The position numbers were made by a program, and so were the translations under genes. The notes under the pieces were generated by a model. The model searched no databases, had not been told where the DNA came from, and saw only the letters and a list, made by a program, of their open reading frames with translations. Positions 19,987-30,513 of a DNA stretch of 64,000 bases are shown piece by piece. How positions within the stretch are numbered: position 1 is the first letter of the stretch; each line of letters begins with the position of its first letter. This stretch comes from Mycobacterium phage prophiT36-1, in the sequence record OQ417966.1; one strand, written 5' to 3'.

Positions 19987-20727
19987 ATGGAGCGCCCGTA
20001 CCAAAAGTCTGCCCTACTAGTAGTACATTGCTGTGTTGTGTTTGAATTCGATCCCGAAGATGCGTCTGTAGAGACTGTTTCGGCACTGGCCCTGGATGCG
20101 ATGGACGAGCTGCGCAGGAAGTTGATCGAATGCCTTCTGGTGTTGCAAACGTTGTCTGATGAAGCTGATCTGAATTTCGTCGATCTAATTAGCGATCTGC
20201 AGGCCGTTCACCGAGGTACTCAAGAGGCGTATCGAGCAGCTAGTCTGGTGCATCAGGGTGCTCAGCTAGACGGCCGATGGGGTAACAGTTTGTCCAAGCC
20301 CAAAGCCGTTTTCGCTCGCCATAATTCAGCAGTGCGTCGCGGCGCCAAAAAGGTAATCCCGATGTCGGCACCATCTGACCTGGTGGAGCAGAGTTTGTAT
20401 CACTTGCCCAAGCCCGACCGCGTTCAAGCAACCGTGGGTGACCGGCCCCAATGCGCGGGCACCGTTCGTTCCACAGGTGAAAGCTGTGCCAGCTCCGCCA
20501 TGTATCTGGGTTCGGGAGCATTTGCAGCGCACTGTTATTCGCACGCTACTCCCGCTGAACGTGAGCGGTACAGGGTCTATCACAAGGAGATTGATGCGCG
20601 ACGTGCGCGCACATATGACGATTTGCGCGAGCGTCAGTGGGCGGTCGGTCGCGAGATTCTCGCTCACTGGATCTCTAGTCGCGAACATGGCATCGAGTGG
20701 CTTGAGAAAGCTATCGCTGAAGTTTAG
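19987..20727 (+). CDS. hypothetical protein with Cys/His cluster (CAGTVRSTGESC...HCYSH)
   Basis: 246-aa ORF with an ATG start, divergent from the XRE gene. Possible zinc-binding cluster. No recognisable catalytic motif. Confidence 0.5.
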   Translation: MERPYQKSALLVVHCCVVFEFDPEDASVETVSALALDAMDELRRKLIECLLVLQTLSDEADLNFVDLISDLQAVHRGTQEAYRAASLVHQGAQLDGRWGNSLSKPKAVFARHNSAVRRGAKKVIPMSAPSDLVEQSLYHLPKPDRVQATVGDRPQCAGTVRSTGESCASSAMYLGSGAFAAHCYSHATPAERERYRVYHKEIDARRARTYDDLRERQWAVGREILAHWISSREHGIEWLEKAIAEV

Positions 20728-21084
20728 AAGCGCAGGGCGTTTTACTGCTCCTTCACGAGCGCACGGGCAGGAGTCACAACGATTCCGTCAGCCAATCGGA
20801 CCGCGAGTGGGCTACGCCACGTAGAGCGAAGATCATTTACACAGATTGGGCATCTAAGTCTTTGCCCTGCGATGAAATGCTCGTTGTTTCGGACGACGCG
20901 CACCCATGACGGAAGCTGCCGACAGGATGCCTACCCTTGGCCGAACGAAACATTGAGGCAGTCCTGCAAGCGCAGCGAGGACGGTCGGCGGGCCTCCAGT
21001 GTGCGGGCAGGACATCACGGTGATCTTGCGGGCTGTTGGGCTGGCCCGCTCTGCCTCGACGGCCCGTAAGGGCACGTAATTCGT

Positions 21085-22857
21085 TTGCTCTTTACGGGCG
21101 GTCGCGTAGCTTTGTTTTGTGTTCCTTTCCATCCGGGGCCATTGGCTTGCCGCTTTACGTATCTTGGACCGTTGGTGAAGCTGCGGCGCCTGACGCGGCG
21201 CGAAACAAACGAGAGCCTGCGCCGGCGATGGGCATTTTTTCAGGCGCATCTTCGCGACGAATTTGTCCACTCCGCACAAGGCGAGCAGGTACTCAAGTAC
21301 GCCTTTGAGTTGCGCCGGGTTAATCGGCCAGATACTGATGTCGAACATTTCAAGGCGGTGGTCGCTGCCGAGCGTGACGTGTGCGAGGCGCGGGCACGAG
21401 CAGCTCTAGACCGGGTGAACCCGGCCAGTGTTCTGGTGCTGGGGGTGATTCTTGAGCGCGCCGGTCAATCGCGTTACCGGCAGTTCCTGGGCGCGTTTGG
21501 GATGTCGCGGCTCGTATGGTTGATCGGAGCGGCCGGCGGGGGCACTGGACCTCTCGGTGAAGGTATTCGAGAGTTCTTCGATTGTGCAGTGCCCTGGTTA
21601 GCTGTTACCGCATTGGAAAGTGAGCTGTGGTGGCAGCCCACGGGACGTGACCCTGATGATGCGACCGTGACAGCGGTTGGTTCGCGCATGGTCAATGCGC
21701 ATACCCGCCTGTGGTGGGGCTCGTTGATGGTCGCGCGCTCACTGCTGCGGCAGGCACGCCGACCCGAGTTACCCGAAACGATCGTCCCGGAGCTGGTGCA
21801 GTATCTCGTCGCAGCCAACGGGGCCAACCTGCGCGAGCGCGCAGAATTCATTCTGCCGCCGCTGAGCACTCAGGCCCGCACATTTGCGACCGCATGTTCA
21901 GTGCGGGCCGGTCAGTACGCGGGCCGTCGGCTCGATGACCTGGTCAATACCCGCATTGACGGTGAGAGCTCGGGTGGGCAACCGTGCGAGACTTACCCGT
22001 TCATTCTCGTAGGTGAGCAGCTCGTGCCGGCCACGATCTATGTCTTGCGCGGCAGCCTGCACGTTATGTTCGTGGACTACCTGCGTAGAACGCTCAAAGA
22101 CGAAGGCTCCCAAATCTTTGAGCGCACGTGCGGGGACCTGATCCGTGAGCTGCTGGGCACGGACGGTGAAATGCTCACCGACGTCAATATTCGGATATCC
22201 CATGCGGAACGAAAACATAAGGGCCAAACTGATTTCGCGGCACTTTGGCAATCAGTCCTGCTTATCGGGGAGGTTAAGGCTGCGTTGGAGCCGGTCTTGC
22301 CACGTAAATCTGGGGCGTCCTATGACCGTGACGTGGGTAAAGCATTCACGCAGCTCAATGAGCGATTGGCCGCCGCAGCTGCCGGAAGCTCGGTGTCGGC
22401 GGCCGGTCGGATGGTTAAGGCCGAAGAATATTCACAAGTGCGAGGACTTGGGGTGGTGATGCACGATTTCGGCGGCGAGATCTGGCGGCATAGAGCACAT
22501 GGCGGGAAGTTCAAAGACTCTGCAAGACTGCCGATTATTACGGTCCAGGACCTCGCAGTGATCGCTCACACATTGAGCGGGATGGATGAGTTTCTCCGGT
22601 ACCTGGACTTCCGTCAGCAGCTCCTGGGGGCAGGTGTGCGGGCTATGGAGGAGTTCGACATTCTCGCCGGTTTCCTGGCGCGAGGCCCGGGCCCGGGTCA
22701 GCAGCTTACTCGTGCGCAGAGGCGTGCGACACGAAATGGCAAAGGGCACATCAGGCTTGCGGCCCGCGCTGTTCCCTTGTCTTTGCAGCATGTCTTCGAG
22801 CCGCCGGTGGATAAAGCTGGCTGGCGTCAGATCGTCGCCGGAATGCCCAGGGTCTGA
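21085..22857 (+). CDS. hypothetical protein with PD-(D/E)xK-like nuclease motif (start uncertain)
   Basis: 590-aa ORF with a TTG start. The true start is probably downstream. HKGQTDFAALWQSVLLIGEVKA gives D-x(12)-E-V-K, preceded by ERTCGDLIREL. Confidence 0.5.
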   Translation: MLFTGGRVALFCVPFHPGPLACRFTYLGPLVKLRRLTRRETNESLRRRWAFFQAHLRDEFVHSAQGEQVLKYAFELRRVNRPDTDVEHFKAVVAAERDVCEARARAALDRVNPASVLVLGVILERAGQSRYRQFLGAFGMSRLVWLIGAAGGGTGPLGEGIREFFDCAVPWLAVTALESELWWQPTGRDPDDATVTAVGSRMVNAHTRLWWGSLMVARSLLRQARRPELPETIVPELVQYLVAANGANLRERAEFILPPLSTQARTFATACSVRAGQYAGRRLDDLVNTRIDGESSGGQPCETYPFILVGEQLVPATIYVLRGSLHVMFVDYLRRTLKDEGSQIFERTCGDLIRELLGTDGEMLTDVNIRISHAERKHKGQTDFAALWQSVLLIGEVKAALEPVLPRKSGASYDRDVGKAFTQLNERLAAAAAGSSVSAAGRMVKAEEYSQVRGLGVVMHDFGGEIWRHRAHGGKFKDSARLPIITVQDLAVIAHTLSGMDEFLRYLDFRQQLLGAGVRAMEEFDILAGFLARGPGPGQQLTRAQRRATRNGKGHIRLAARAVPLSLQHVFEPPVDKAGWRQIVAGMPRV

Positions 22858-23227
22858 ACTCGCCGCAGGACCCGGGAACGGCCGACCTCCGCTAAGCCTG
22901 CCTGCCCAGTGCATCGGTGGGTCGGTAGTGGTTTGGGACTGTGTCTGATTGCCAGCCATTCGGATTGGGCGAGCTATGCCTGACAGTTCGCACCTGACTC
23001 TCGCTGTCAGTTGTCGCCCACATACCGCTCCAACGCTATCCAGACTGGTCCTGGCACTTCCGAAGTAGCGACGTACTGTGATCTTTCAGTTCAGAACAGT
23101 GTTTACGCGGGGGTCCTTCGCGGCAGCTCCTCGCAAAGTCGGCGGCCGGTAGATATTGTGTCGCACTGCGACAACAATCAGATTCAGATCCCACCGTCTA
23201 CCTGTCGCGTCTAACTGAGGGGGTTCC

Positions 23228-25033
23228 ATGACGGCTGAGCCAGCACCGCTCGGCGAAGGCATCGCCGAGCACTTCGGGTTTGCTATTGCGGGGGTCAGAG
23301 TCGGTGATGGTGAGATGCTCGACTTGCCTGGAGCGGGGAGCGTCATAGCTGTTGTGGGGGCGAACAATGCCGGAAAGTCCACGTTCCTACGTCAATTGCA
23401 GGAGATCTTGGCGTGGCACGGACTCACCAAGGAAATGACGCCCCGCGTTGTTACGGAAATCGCGGAGCCATGGGTTGGTTCGGTCGAAGATTTCACCGCG
23501 TGGCTGATCGCTAACGCCCAGATTGACGAGCACACGGGTCTAAGGAATGTGACCCGCAACGGCACTCACCCGCAAATACCGTTGCAGAACACTGCCTCGA
23601 TCCGGAACCAACCCACACCTGGCGCTGTCCTGCACTGGTTTGTCGGCAATCATCAGCCAGGCGACCGGCAACACGCCTGTTCGATGTCAGGTAGAGCTGA
23701 CCCGGCAGGATTACCCCCACAGACACCCATGCAGGCCCTGTTCGCAGACATACCGAAACGCAAAAAGGTGATTGACCTCGCTGCCCGCTTGTTCGGCGTT
23801 CAACTGCACTTCGATACCGTCAGTGCGTCTATCGGCTTCCGTATCGGCAAACCCGACTTGCCGGCGCCAAACGTTAACGAGATAGACGCTCAGTATGCTC
23901 GCGCGGTTGGAAAACTGCCACCTCTGATCGAACAAGGTGACGGCATCAAGTCAGCGCTCGGCCTCTTGATCCCTCTGATTACCAACGCGAACCCGCTGTC
24001 GATCGTGGACGAACCCGAGGCCTTCCTCCACCCACCGCAGGCAGAGCTTCTCGGCTTCGAGATAGGGAAAATTGCTCGGGACAACAGATCCCAGGTTGTC
24101 CTCGCGACTCACGACAAGAATCTTCTGCAGGGGATCGCGAGGAGTGGAGCCCCCGTATCGATTATTCACTTACAGCGAGCTGGAGACACCACGACGGCTA
24201 TTCGTCTCGGGGCCGAAGATATCGAAGACCTCTGGAAAGATGTGACCCTTCGGTATGGCAATGCGCTCGACAGCCTATTTCATCGCGCGGTCGTCATCAC
24301 CGAAGGTGATCGGGATTCGCACTTTTTTCGTGCGGCGATTGATGCGGTTCATGAGGGCATACACCCGCAGCCTCCCGCACACAACCTGATGTTTCTAAGC
24401 AGCTATGGCAAGCAGAACATGGCGCACATCGTCGAACGTCTTCGAAAGCTGGGCGTACGGGTCGTCACATCTCCCGACCTCGACATTCTCAACAACGAAA
24501 CGCTGCTGCGCCGGCTCGTTGTTGCCCACGGCGGCGACTGGAACTCGATCATGCAGCTTTACAAGCAGGCAACGAACGAATTCCTCGGTCCTGCAAAGCC
24601 TCCCACGATCGACGACGTACGCACAAAGATTGATGACGCCCTGAGTAAATCGACCGATGGCGTCTTGGACAGGCCTTTAGCTCAGGCGCTAGCTGTGGCC
24701 GTTGCGCTCCCAACAACAAACTGGGGCAAGCTAAAAGAGGCCGGCACCCGGGCATTTAATGCAGACAAGAAATCGGCGACTGAACTTCTGGATGCTCTGG
24801 ACGCGATCGGCATCGTTGCCGTCAAGGTCGGGGAGCTGGAAAAGTTTGTAACAAACGCTAACCCGCCAAAAGGCCCCGAGTTCCTCCCTGTCGCCTTCGC
24901 TGCGGGAGCGCACATCGCGCCGGAGGCAGGGGAACATGCAAATCGGCTATTGATAGCAGCCGGAATCACGGTTCCAGAGACGCGCCCTGTTCACGATCAA
25001 TGCTTGCCCGCATGCGCCCAGACCTCAGGCTGA
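23228..25033 (+). CDS. OLD-family ATP-dependent nuclease (N-terminal ABC ATPase plus C-terminal TOPRIM), class-1-like
   Basis: Walker A GANNAGKST. Walker B LSIVDEPEAFLHP. H-loop VLATHD. TOPRIM glutamate VVITEGDRD and DxD motif VTSPDLDIL. GAGGGGG RBS before the ATG. 601 aa, similar in size to P2 Old. Confidence 0.8.
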   Translation: MTAEPAPLGEGIAEHFGFAIAGVRVGDGEMLDLPGAGSVIAVVGANNAGKSTFLRQLQEILAWHGLTKEMTPRVVTEIAEPWVGSVEDFTAWLIANAQIDEHTGLRNVTRNGTHPQIPLQNTASIRNQPTPGAVLHWFVGNHQPGDRQHACSMSGRADPAGLPPQTPMQALFADIPKRKKVIDLAARLFGVQLHFDTVSASIGFRIGKPDLPAPNVNEIDAQYARAVGKLPPLIEQGDGIKSALGLLIPLITNANPLSIVDEPEAFLHPPQAELLGFEIGKIARDNRSQVVLATHDKNLLQGIARSGAPVSIIHLQRAGDTTTAIRLGAEDIEDLWKDVTLRYGNALDSLFHRAVVITEGDRDSHFFRAAIDAVHEGIHPQPPAHNLMFLSSYGKQNMAHIVERLRKLGVRVVTSPDLDILNNETLLRRLVVAHGGDWNSIMQLYKQATNEFLGPAKPPTIDDVRTKIDDALSKSTDGVLDRPLAQALAVAVALPTTNWGKLKEAGTRAFNADKKSATELLDALDAIGIVAVKVGELEKFVTNANPPKGPEFLPVAFAAGAHIAPEAGEHANRLLIAAGITVPETRPVHDQCLPACAQTSG

Positions 25034-25452
25034 TACGACCGCGACGCCGGCTACTGACCTTGCGGACGTGCTCAATACAAGTGCTCAGTTGCGCGCGGAG
25101 CTAATCTGCAGTTGGGTCAGGTATGTACTCGATTGTCGCTTATGGTGGTTGGCGAGTGGTATTGAATCGTGGGGGACAGGGTTATCTTTAGGCATGTACT
25201 TGTCGGTGTATATGGCTGGTGCTAACGGATTTCAGCGCTGTGAATGTTTTATTCGGCCGAGCATCTCAGCCTTCGGGGCAAGCGATCAGTTTCTCCACGG
25301 CTGCTGGTCGAACCTCGACATGGATTCGTCTGAGGCCTGCAACAGGTGGCACTAACCCGACCTCTATCCATGCGGATACTTAATCGACATCCGCGAGAGC
25401 GGCACCCTGTTCGCGCGACCCCAACTGGCGTTCCTACCCAGCTACGGGCATA

Positions 25453-26247
25453 TTGCTGCCAAATCTGTTGGTAAACACCAGTTTACGGCTTTCGCCGTAT
25501 ACACCAATTCTCGTGCGAAGAGACGCATCTGAAGCGCTCCCAGCCTCTCCGGTCGCAGGAAAGAAAATACTCTGGCCGATACGTGGTTCGATTATGCCCA
25601 TGCATGGTTTCCCTTTGGCCCCAGGCTCTTTGGGCTACAAGCGCTGCCACCTCACCGTCGGGGGAGAGTTTCGACTGTCACAGACTGATTGTTGCGATGC
25701 CGGCCAAGACGAGTTGTTCGGCGTCCTCGACGACCGATCAGCTGTGGTGTTCATCCACCCAAACGCGCTTCCCGCTGCGCCACCTGACGGCGTACCGCCG
25801 TTCGCGGTCGACTTCCTGCTGGACACCACTCGCGCGGCCTACCTGTTAGTGCATAACGGCATTCGTGCGCGGTTTCCGAATACCCATTTCATACTCAGCC
25901 ACGGCGGGGGCTTCGTGCCTTACGCCTCCCACCGGATGGCATTCTCGCTCGAATTGGAAACCGGTAACCCCGCTGAGGAGATGCTGGCATTGTTGTCGAG
26001 CTTCTATTTCGACACGGCCGTGACGTCCAGCCCTGCATCCTTGCCGAGCCTGCTGGCCTTCGCCGACTCCGGCCATGTCGTCTACGGATCGGATTGGCCC
26101 TTCCTACCTGCCGACGCCGCTAGGAGGTTCACCGGTAATCTGGGTCGTTACCTTGGATTAGATGATCGGGCCCGCGCCGCAATCGATCGCGGCAACGCCG
26201 AAAAGATCTGGGGAACACCGCCGCCAACCCGTGACGAGGTCGGCTAG
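25453..26247 (+). pseudogene. amidohydrolase-2 (TIM-barrel metal-dependent hydrolase) gene remnant, N-terminally truncated
   Basis: C-terminal amidohydrolase_2-like motifs (VVFIHPN, FILSHGGGFVPY, VVYGSDWPF). The N-terminal HxH metal-binding region is absent and the start is TTG. Preceded by a lower-GC non-coding stretch. Confidence 0.45.
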
Positions 26248-26820
26248 TCGGCGGGCAGGCGCTGTGGCCGACAAGGATCGGGCCAACAAGCAACCGCCAA
26301 CATCAGGGCGCTCTCAGAGTATCGCGATCGCGCCATCCACCTGTACAACGCCCAGGGTCTTGGCGCGCGTTCGTGCTGGTCGTAGCTTCCGTCGGGATGG
26401 ATGAGAGGTCAGGCGCACCCCAAGCCGATCAGCACTCGATTGCCGTTGTTCGCCGGTATTCTGGGGTAGGTTGCGGCGTCCGTATTCCGTCTGGCTGATT
26501 CATGAAAACCCGCTTGCTTGCATCAGGTTTTGAAGATTGAGACGAACCGCCGAGGGACCGAGCAGAGGCTGCTGAACTACTAGGTGCTGCCCCCCGGTGA
26601 ATTCGCCCGTCGACCGGTTGACTGTCAGCGCCCGGTGCGCCTTCCCCGAGCAATAGACATCCAGAGCAGCGGAGCCGAGTTAGCGCTTGTAGTGGCAAGC
26701 AATTACCCCTTCAGAATCGAACTCTGAGCGAGCTATGTTTGCGAGCCAGCACCGAACGCCGCTCGACCGCGATCGGCACATAGTGCCCGGCCATCGGCCG
26801 GGCTGCGAGATGATTGATCT

Positions 26821-27171
26821 ATGCGGTACATCAAGCGAACCAACACTGTGGAACTGACGGCTCGAAACGTCACCGCGCTGCTCGCCAAGCTCGACGACAG
26901 ACTTTCCGCTCGTACACTGATTTCACCTGACGACGACTTCGTCGTGCGAGCCATAGAGAACAACGTCAGCCTCGACAGTGCCGAGCCGCCAAAGGCGGTC
27001 CCTGTCCATACAACGGTGACGCTTACCCGCGACGACCTGTGGTACCTGACCACGCCGGGCGCGACGCTTACCCACGGCGCATTTACGTTGCGGTCTGTTA
27101 CGGACGAAGCGCACTACAGCGATCGCGCCCCTGGAGCTGTCTACATGCCCGAGTCCGGGGTTCAGTGGTAG
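26821..27171 (+). CDS. hypothetical small protein
   Basis: 116-aa ORF with an ATG start, within a long intergenic-looking region. No motif recognised. Confidence 0.4.
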   Translation: MRYIKRTNTVELTARNVTALLAKLDDRLSARTLISPDDDFVVRAIENNVSLDSAEPPKAVPVHTTVTLTRDDLWYLTTPGATLTHGAFTLRSVTDEAHYSDRAPGAVYMPESGVQW

Positions 27172-27324
27172 CAAATACCGTATGACGACGACCGTCCCAC
27201 GAGCTCCGGAAGGGCACTCCCCTCCCGCCGCGAGGCTGCGAGCAGCCGCACCATACATCGCGGGTGTTGACCAAACCAGTTGGTGAACTCGAGCTAGTAG
27301 CAACCCAGGTCCCGACAGACGATC

Positions 27325-28929
27325 GTGCTGTCGGCGCCAGCAGGCACACTGAGTGTCGTGGGCACAGATCTGGAGGTCTATAGGCGCGGGGCCCCATGGA
27401 CACCGCAAGAGATCACTGAGCTCATCGAGCGCATCCGCGCAGGGTCAGGCCGCACCGACATCGCGCGCACCCATGGCCGCACACCCGGGGCCCTCGACGC
27501 GGTAGCCTGGCGCCTCCTGTCAGCAGACCACAGACCTGAAAAGAAGACCCGCCAGGCAGTGGAGTTGCTACGTGCCGAGATCAACGACATCTCCGCAGGG
27601 GCAGAGACGGATTGGTGGGCGCGCTATCTCCAAGGCCGCAAGATAGCCAACGCCGCGAAACCCGCAAGAACCAGGTCTCCCCAGGCGCCCAAAACGACTG
27701 CGACACCGAAAACCCCCAAACCGCTTCTGCCACTACCGGAGTGTGTGCAAACGTTCGCCGAGCAGCCAGCAATTGACTGGACGCAGCCAGGGACGGAAAG
27801 CGAACTTGGCCTACTGATCGTTCAAGTCGTCAACGAGATCGTGGACCCACGGAACCGATACATCATGGCCCGGCGACTCGGATTGATCGACGGATCAAAT
27901 ACTTTGGAATCCATCGGCGAAACACTGAACCTAACCCGCGAACGGGTCCGCCAACTACAAAACACCGCGATCACACAGGTCCAGCACGACGCACACCGCC
28001 TCGGATCGGCCGCCGCAACGCTCGCAGTGGTCTTCAACTTCCTCGATAAGGACCCCACCGCAATCGAGGCACTGGCCCAATCCTTGTTGACCGCCGCACA
28101 AGAGCTATTCAGCTGCCAACCGACCTGGCTTATCAAATCCGTCAGCCGCATGGGCGGGCGCACACCACGACAGGCTGACGAGATCGCCGCGGCAGCTGCG
28201 GCGATCCGTGACGCCGAACGTCGGCGCGGACGCGAACTTGCCCATGAACAACGGCAGATCCTCACCTGCGATCGCATCGTCGACAAATGGATTCACGCAG
28301 CCACCTGGCCCCCGCACCTGAAACACGCCGATTCCGAGCGCAGCACACAACGGCGCCGAATGCCAACGCCCTCAGGAATTGCCTCCGTCGGCTCTTTCGA
28401 TTCCGAAAAGAACGGCACCGTTGTCCATTTCGAATCCCTACTTGAAGAATCCGTGTTCATCACCGCCGAAGGCAGCGACAAGATCCTCACCTATCAAGAG
28501 CAGCCCTGCCAGATCGCATACATCGGGGAGGACGGGCAATCACACACGTACTACCCTGACCTACTCCTGACGCTCAACGATGGCCGCATGCTGCTAGCCG
28601 AGGTCAAGCCACTTTGGCAGATGGCATTGACCACTAATCGCATCAAATGCGAAGCAGCGCAACGCTATGCGGCACAAACTGGATGGGGATGGGTATCGGT
28701 TGGCTCCAGCGGCCAAGCCTACCGAGACCTTGAACAACGAGATATCAGTGACTTGACGCGCGCATCGCTTACCGCGGCGCTCAACGAAGGCCCGGTGTCC
28801 TGGGCGCACTTGCAGGAGCTACGAACTCAGGCGCCAATCACAGCGATGGACGTCGCGGCATTCGCCGTGCAAGAAAACATAGGGCTTGAACTGTTTCCAT
28901 ATCGCCTGTACCACGTCAACGACGTGTGA
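27325..28929 (+). CDS. sigma-70 region-4-like HTH fused to a C-terminal PD-(D/E)xK (restriction-endonuclease/TnsA-like) domain
   Basis: LESIGETLNLTRERVRQLQNTAITQV resembles the sigma70 r4 HTH. The C-terminus has YYPDLLLTLNDGRMLLAEVKP, a classic D...E-V-K motif. GTG start, so the start is uncertain. Confidence 0.6.
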   Translation: MLSAPAGTLSVVGTDLEVYRRGAPWTPQEITELIERIRAGSGRTDIARTHGRTPGALDAVAWRLLSADHRPEKKTRQAVELLRAEINDISAGAETDWWARYLQGRKIANAAKPARTRSPQAPKTTATPKTPKPLLPLPECVQTFAEQPAIDWTQPGTESELGLLIVQVVNEIVDPRNRYIMARRLGLIDGSNTLESIGETLNLTRERVRQLQNTAITQVQHDAHRLGSAAATLAVVFNFLDKDPTAIEALAQSLLTAAQELFSCQPTWLIKSVSRMGGRTPRQADEIAAAAAAIRDAERRRGRELAHEQRQILTCDRIVDKWIHAATWPPHLKHADSERSTQRRRMPTPSGIASVGSFDSEKNGTVVHFESLLEESVFITAEGSDKILTYQEQPCQIAYIGEDGQSHTYYPDLLLTLNDGRMLLAEVKPLWQMALTTNRIKCEAAQRYAAQTGWGWVSVGSSGQAYRDLEQRDISDLTRASLTAALNEGPVSWAHLQELRTQAPITAMDVAAFAVQENIGLELFPYRLYHVNDV

Positions 28930-29325
28930 CCGACGTTCGCCGTCAACCGTTGCGGGAATGCGCCCCGTGAGATGAGTATTCGCCCATCGGCGGCCGCCCA
29001 TGGGCACTCGTATGGATACATACACGATGGGTACTCACCCAAACAGGTACCCAGCTGCGCGGGCGACGCGAGCCGGCGTGCCATCTCGGATTCCTAGCTA
29101 ATCCAATGCTTGGGCTGTTTCTGCGCACATGTCACACATATACTGATCGCCACGTAGCTGCAGGTTACGCATCGGTTCGGTACTAAGCCCGCCTGTGACG
29201 CTCGATATAGCAAACATAGAGATCTCGCAGACGCCTGGACATAACCCAGTTTATTCTGTCATGATTCTCGCATCAGCTGCACCCACACGCGGTGTACAGC
29301 AAGTATCGGGAGGGGCAAGCTGCGC

Positions 29326-30513
29326 ATGATTATGAGTGATCTTTGGCGCATGTCGACGGGTTTGCGTAGAGCTTCGGCGGTGGTCGCCGGTGTGGCGCTA
29401 GCCTTCGGTGGAGCGAAGGTGACCAGCGACCACACCGTGCCTGGCAGCGGGTTTTCGACACTCCAGACAGCCGCTGCGGATCCGACCGGTCCCACGGGTG
29501 GCCCTGGCGGGGGGCCGGGTGGGATGAATGGATCCCAGTTCCAGCCCCCAGGCTTGCCGCCGCAGATGCCTGACTATCAGGGCGGTATCAACCAGCCGCC
29601 GTTAGATCAGAATTCTGGTATCAGCATCTACAACACGGGATCGCCAGGAGCACAGCAAGTTCCATCGCAGCAAGGTGCACAACAGTCTCAACAGGGGCAG
29701 CAGCCTGCGCACGGAACCCAAATCCCTGATTATCAAACAGCAACCCCATACACTCAGGGTCCCGGTACGGAGAATCCGGATTACCAAGCACCACAACAGA
29801 ATTCTCCCCAGCAGGACCATCAGCAAAATAATGCTCCCACGCAGACTCAGCAGCCCAGTCAAAAAGACCAGCAGGACCGCGAACTGCAACAGCAATGTCA
29901 GCAACAGGCTCAGTATTACGGTCTTGCTGAACAGATGGCCAGCTTTATCGCGTCGGCAATGGGTGGTGCCGGGAGCCTCTTCGGGCAACCCAGTCGCCAG
30001 TGGGGGCCTGCCTTTGAATGCAGTTGCGCACCTGAGCAGGGTGGCCCCCATAAGCAATCACCTGGCGACGATGAAACAAGTCAGCCGTGCGTACCAACCG
30101 ATGGCATTCCAAAAAGGATCGTGGGCGCGGATTACACCTACAATTTGGCCACACAACAACTATCCTGGTTAGGCACTTTCCCAGGTTTGATGCCGTTCTC
30201 GGGAACCGTAAGTGTGGCTCCCGGCGCCTCAGTTTTCATACCGGGCAACGCCCAATGGACAAGCGCGACTTTGACAATCTGCCAAGCGCCCTCCGAAGGC
30301 CCTAGCGGTCGCAATCCAGCGCAAGATAAGCTCCTAACCAAGGGAGACATCAAGAAGTTGGAGGACGCCGGATTTGACGTTCACGAGCTTAAAGGCGGTA
30401 AGAACGCCTCGAAGTTCGATCTGTACAAGGACCGAGAGGGAAATATCTACGTGAAGCCAAAAGGCGGGCGTGGCGAGGGCGATCCGCTAGGGATAAATAT
30501 CAATGACATCTGA
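29326..30513 (+). CDS. secreted Pro/Gln-rich protein with a distinct C-terminal domain (polymorphic-toxin-like architecture)
   Basis: Strong RBS (GGGAGGGG). N-terminal signal-like segment (RRASAVVAGVALAFGGA). Long PDYQ/Q-rich low-complexity linker. C-terminal roughly 150-aa globular region ending FDLYKDREGNIYVKPKGGRGEGDPLG. Confidence 0.6.
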   Translation: MIMSDLWRMSTGLRRASAVVAGVALAFGGAKVTSDHTVPGSGFSTLQTAAADPTGPTGGPGGGPGGMNGSQFQPPGLPPQMPDYQGGINQPPLDQNSGISIYNTGSPGAQQVPSQQGAQQSQQGQQPAHGTQIPDYQTATPYTQGPGTENPDYQAPQQNSPQQDHQQNNAPTQTQQPSQKDQQDRELQQQCQQQAQYYGLAEQMASFIASAMGGAGSLFGQPSRQWGPAFECSCAPEQGGPHKQSPGDDETSQPCVPTDGIPKRIVGADYTYNLATQQLSWLGTFPGLMPFSGTVSVAPGASVFIPGNAQWTSATLTICQAPSEGPSGRNPAQDKLLTKGDIKKLEDAGFDVHELKGGKNASKFDLYKDREGNIYVKPKGGRGEGDPLGININDI

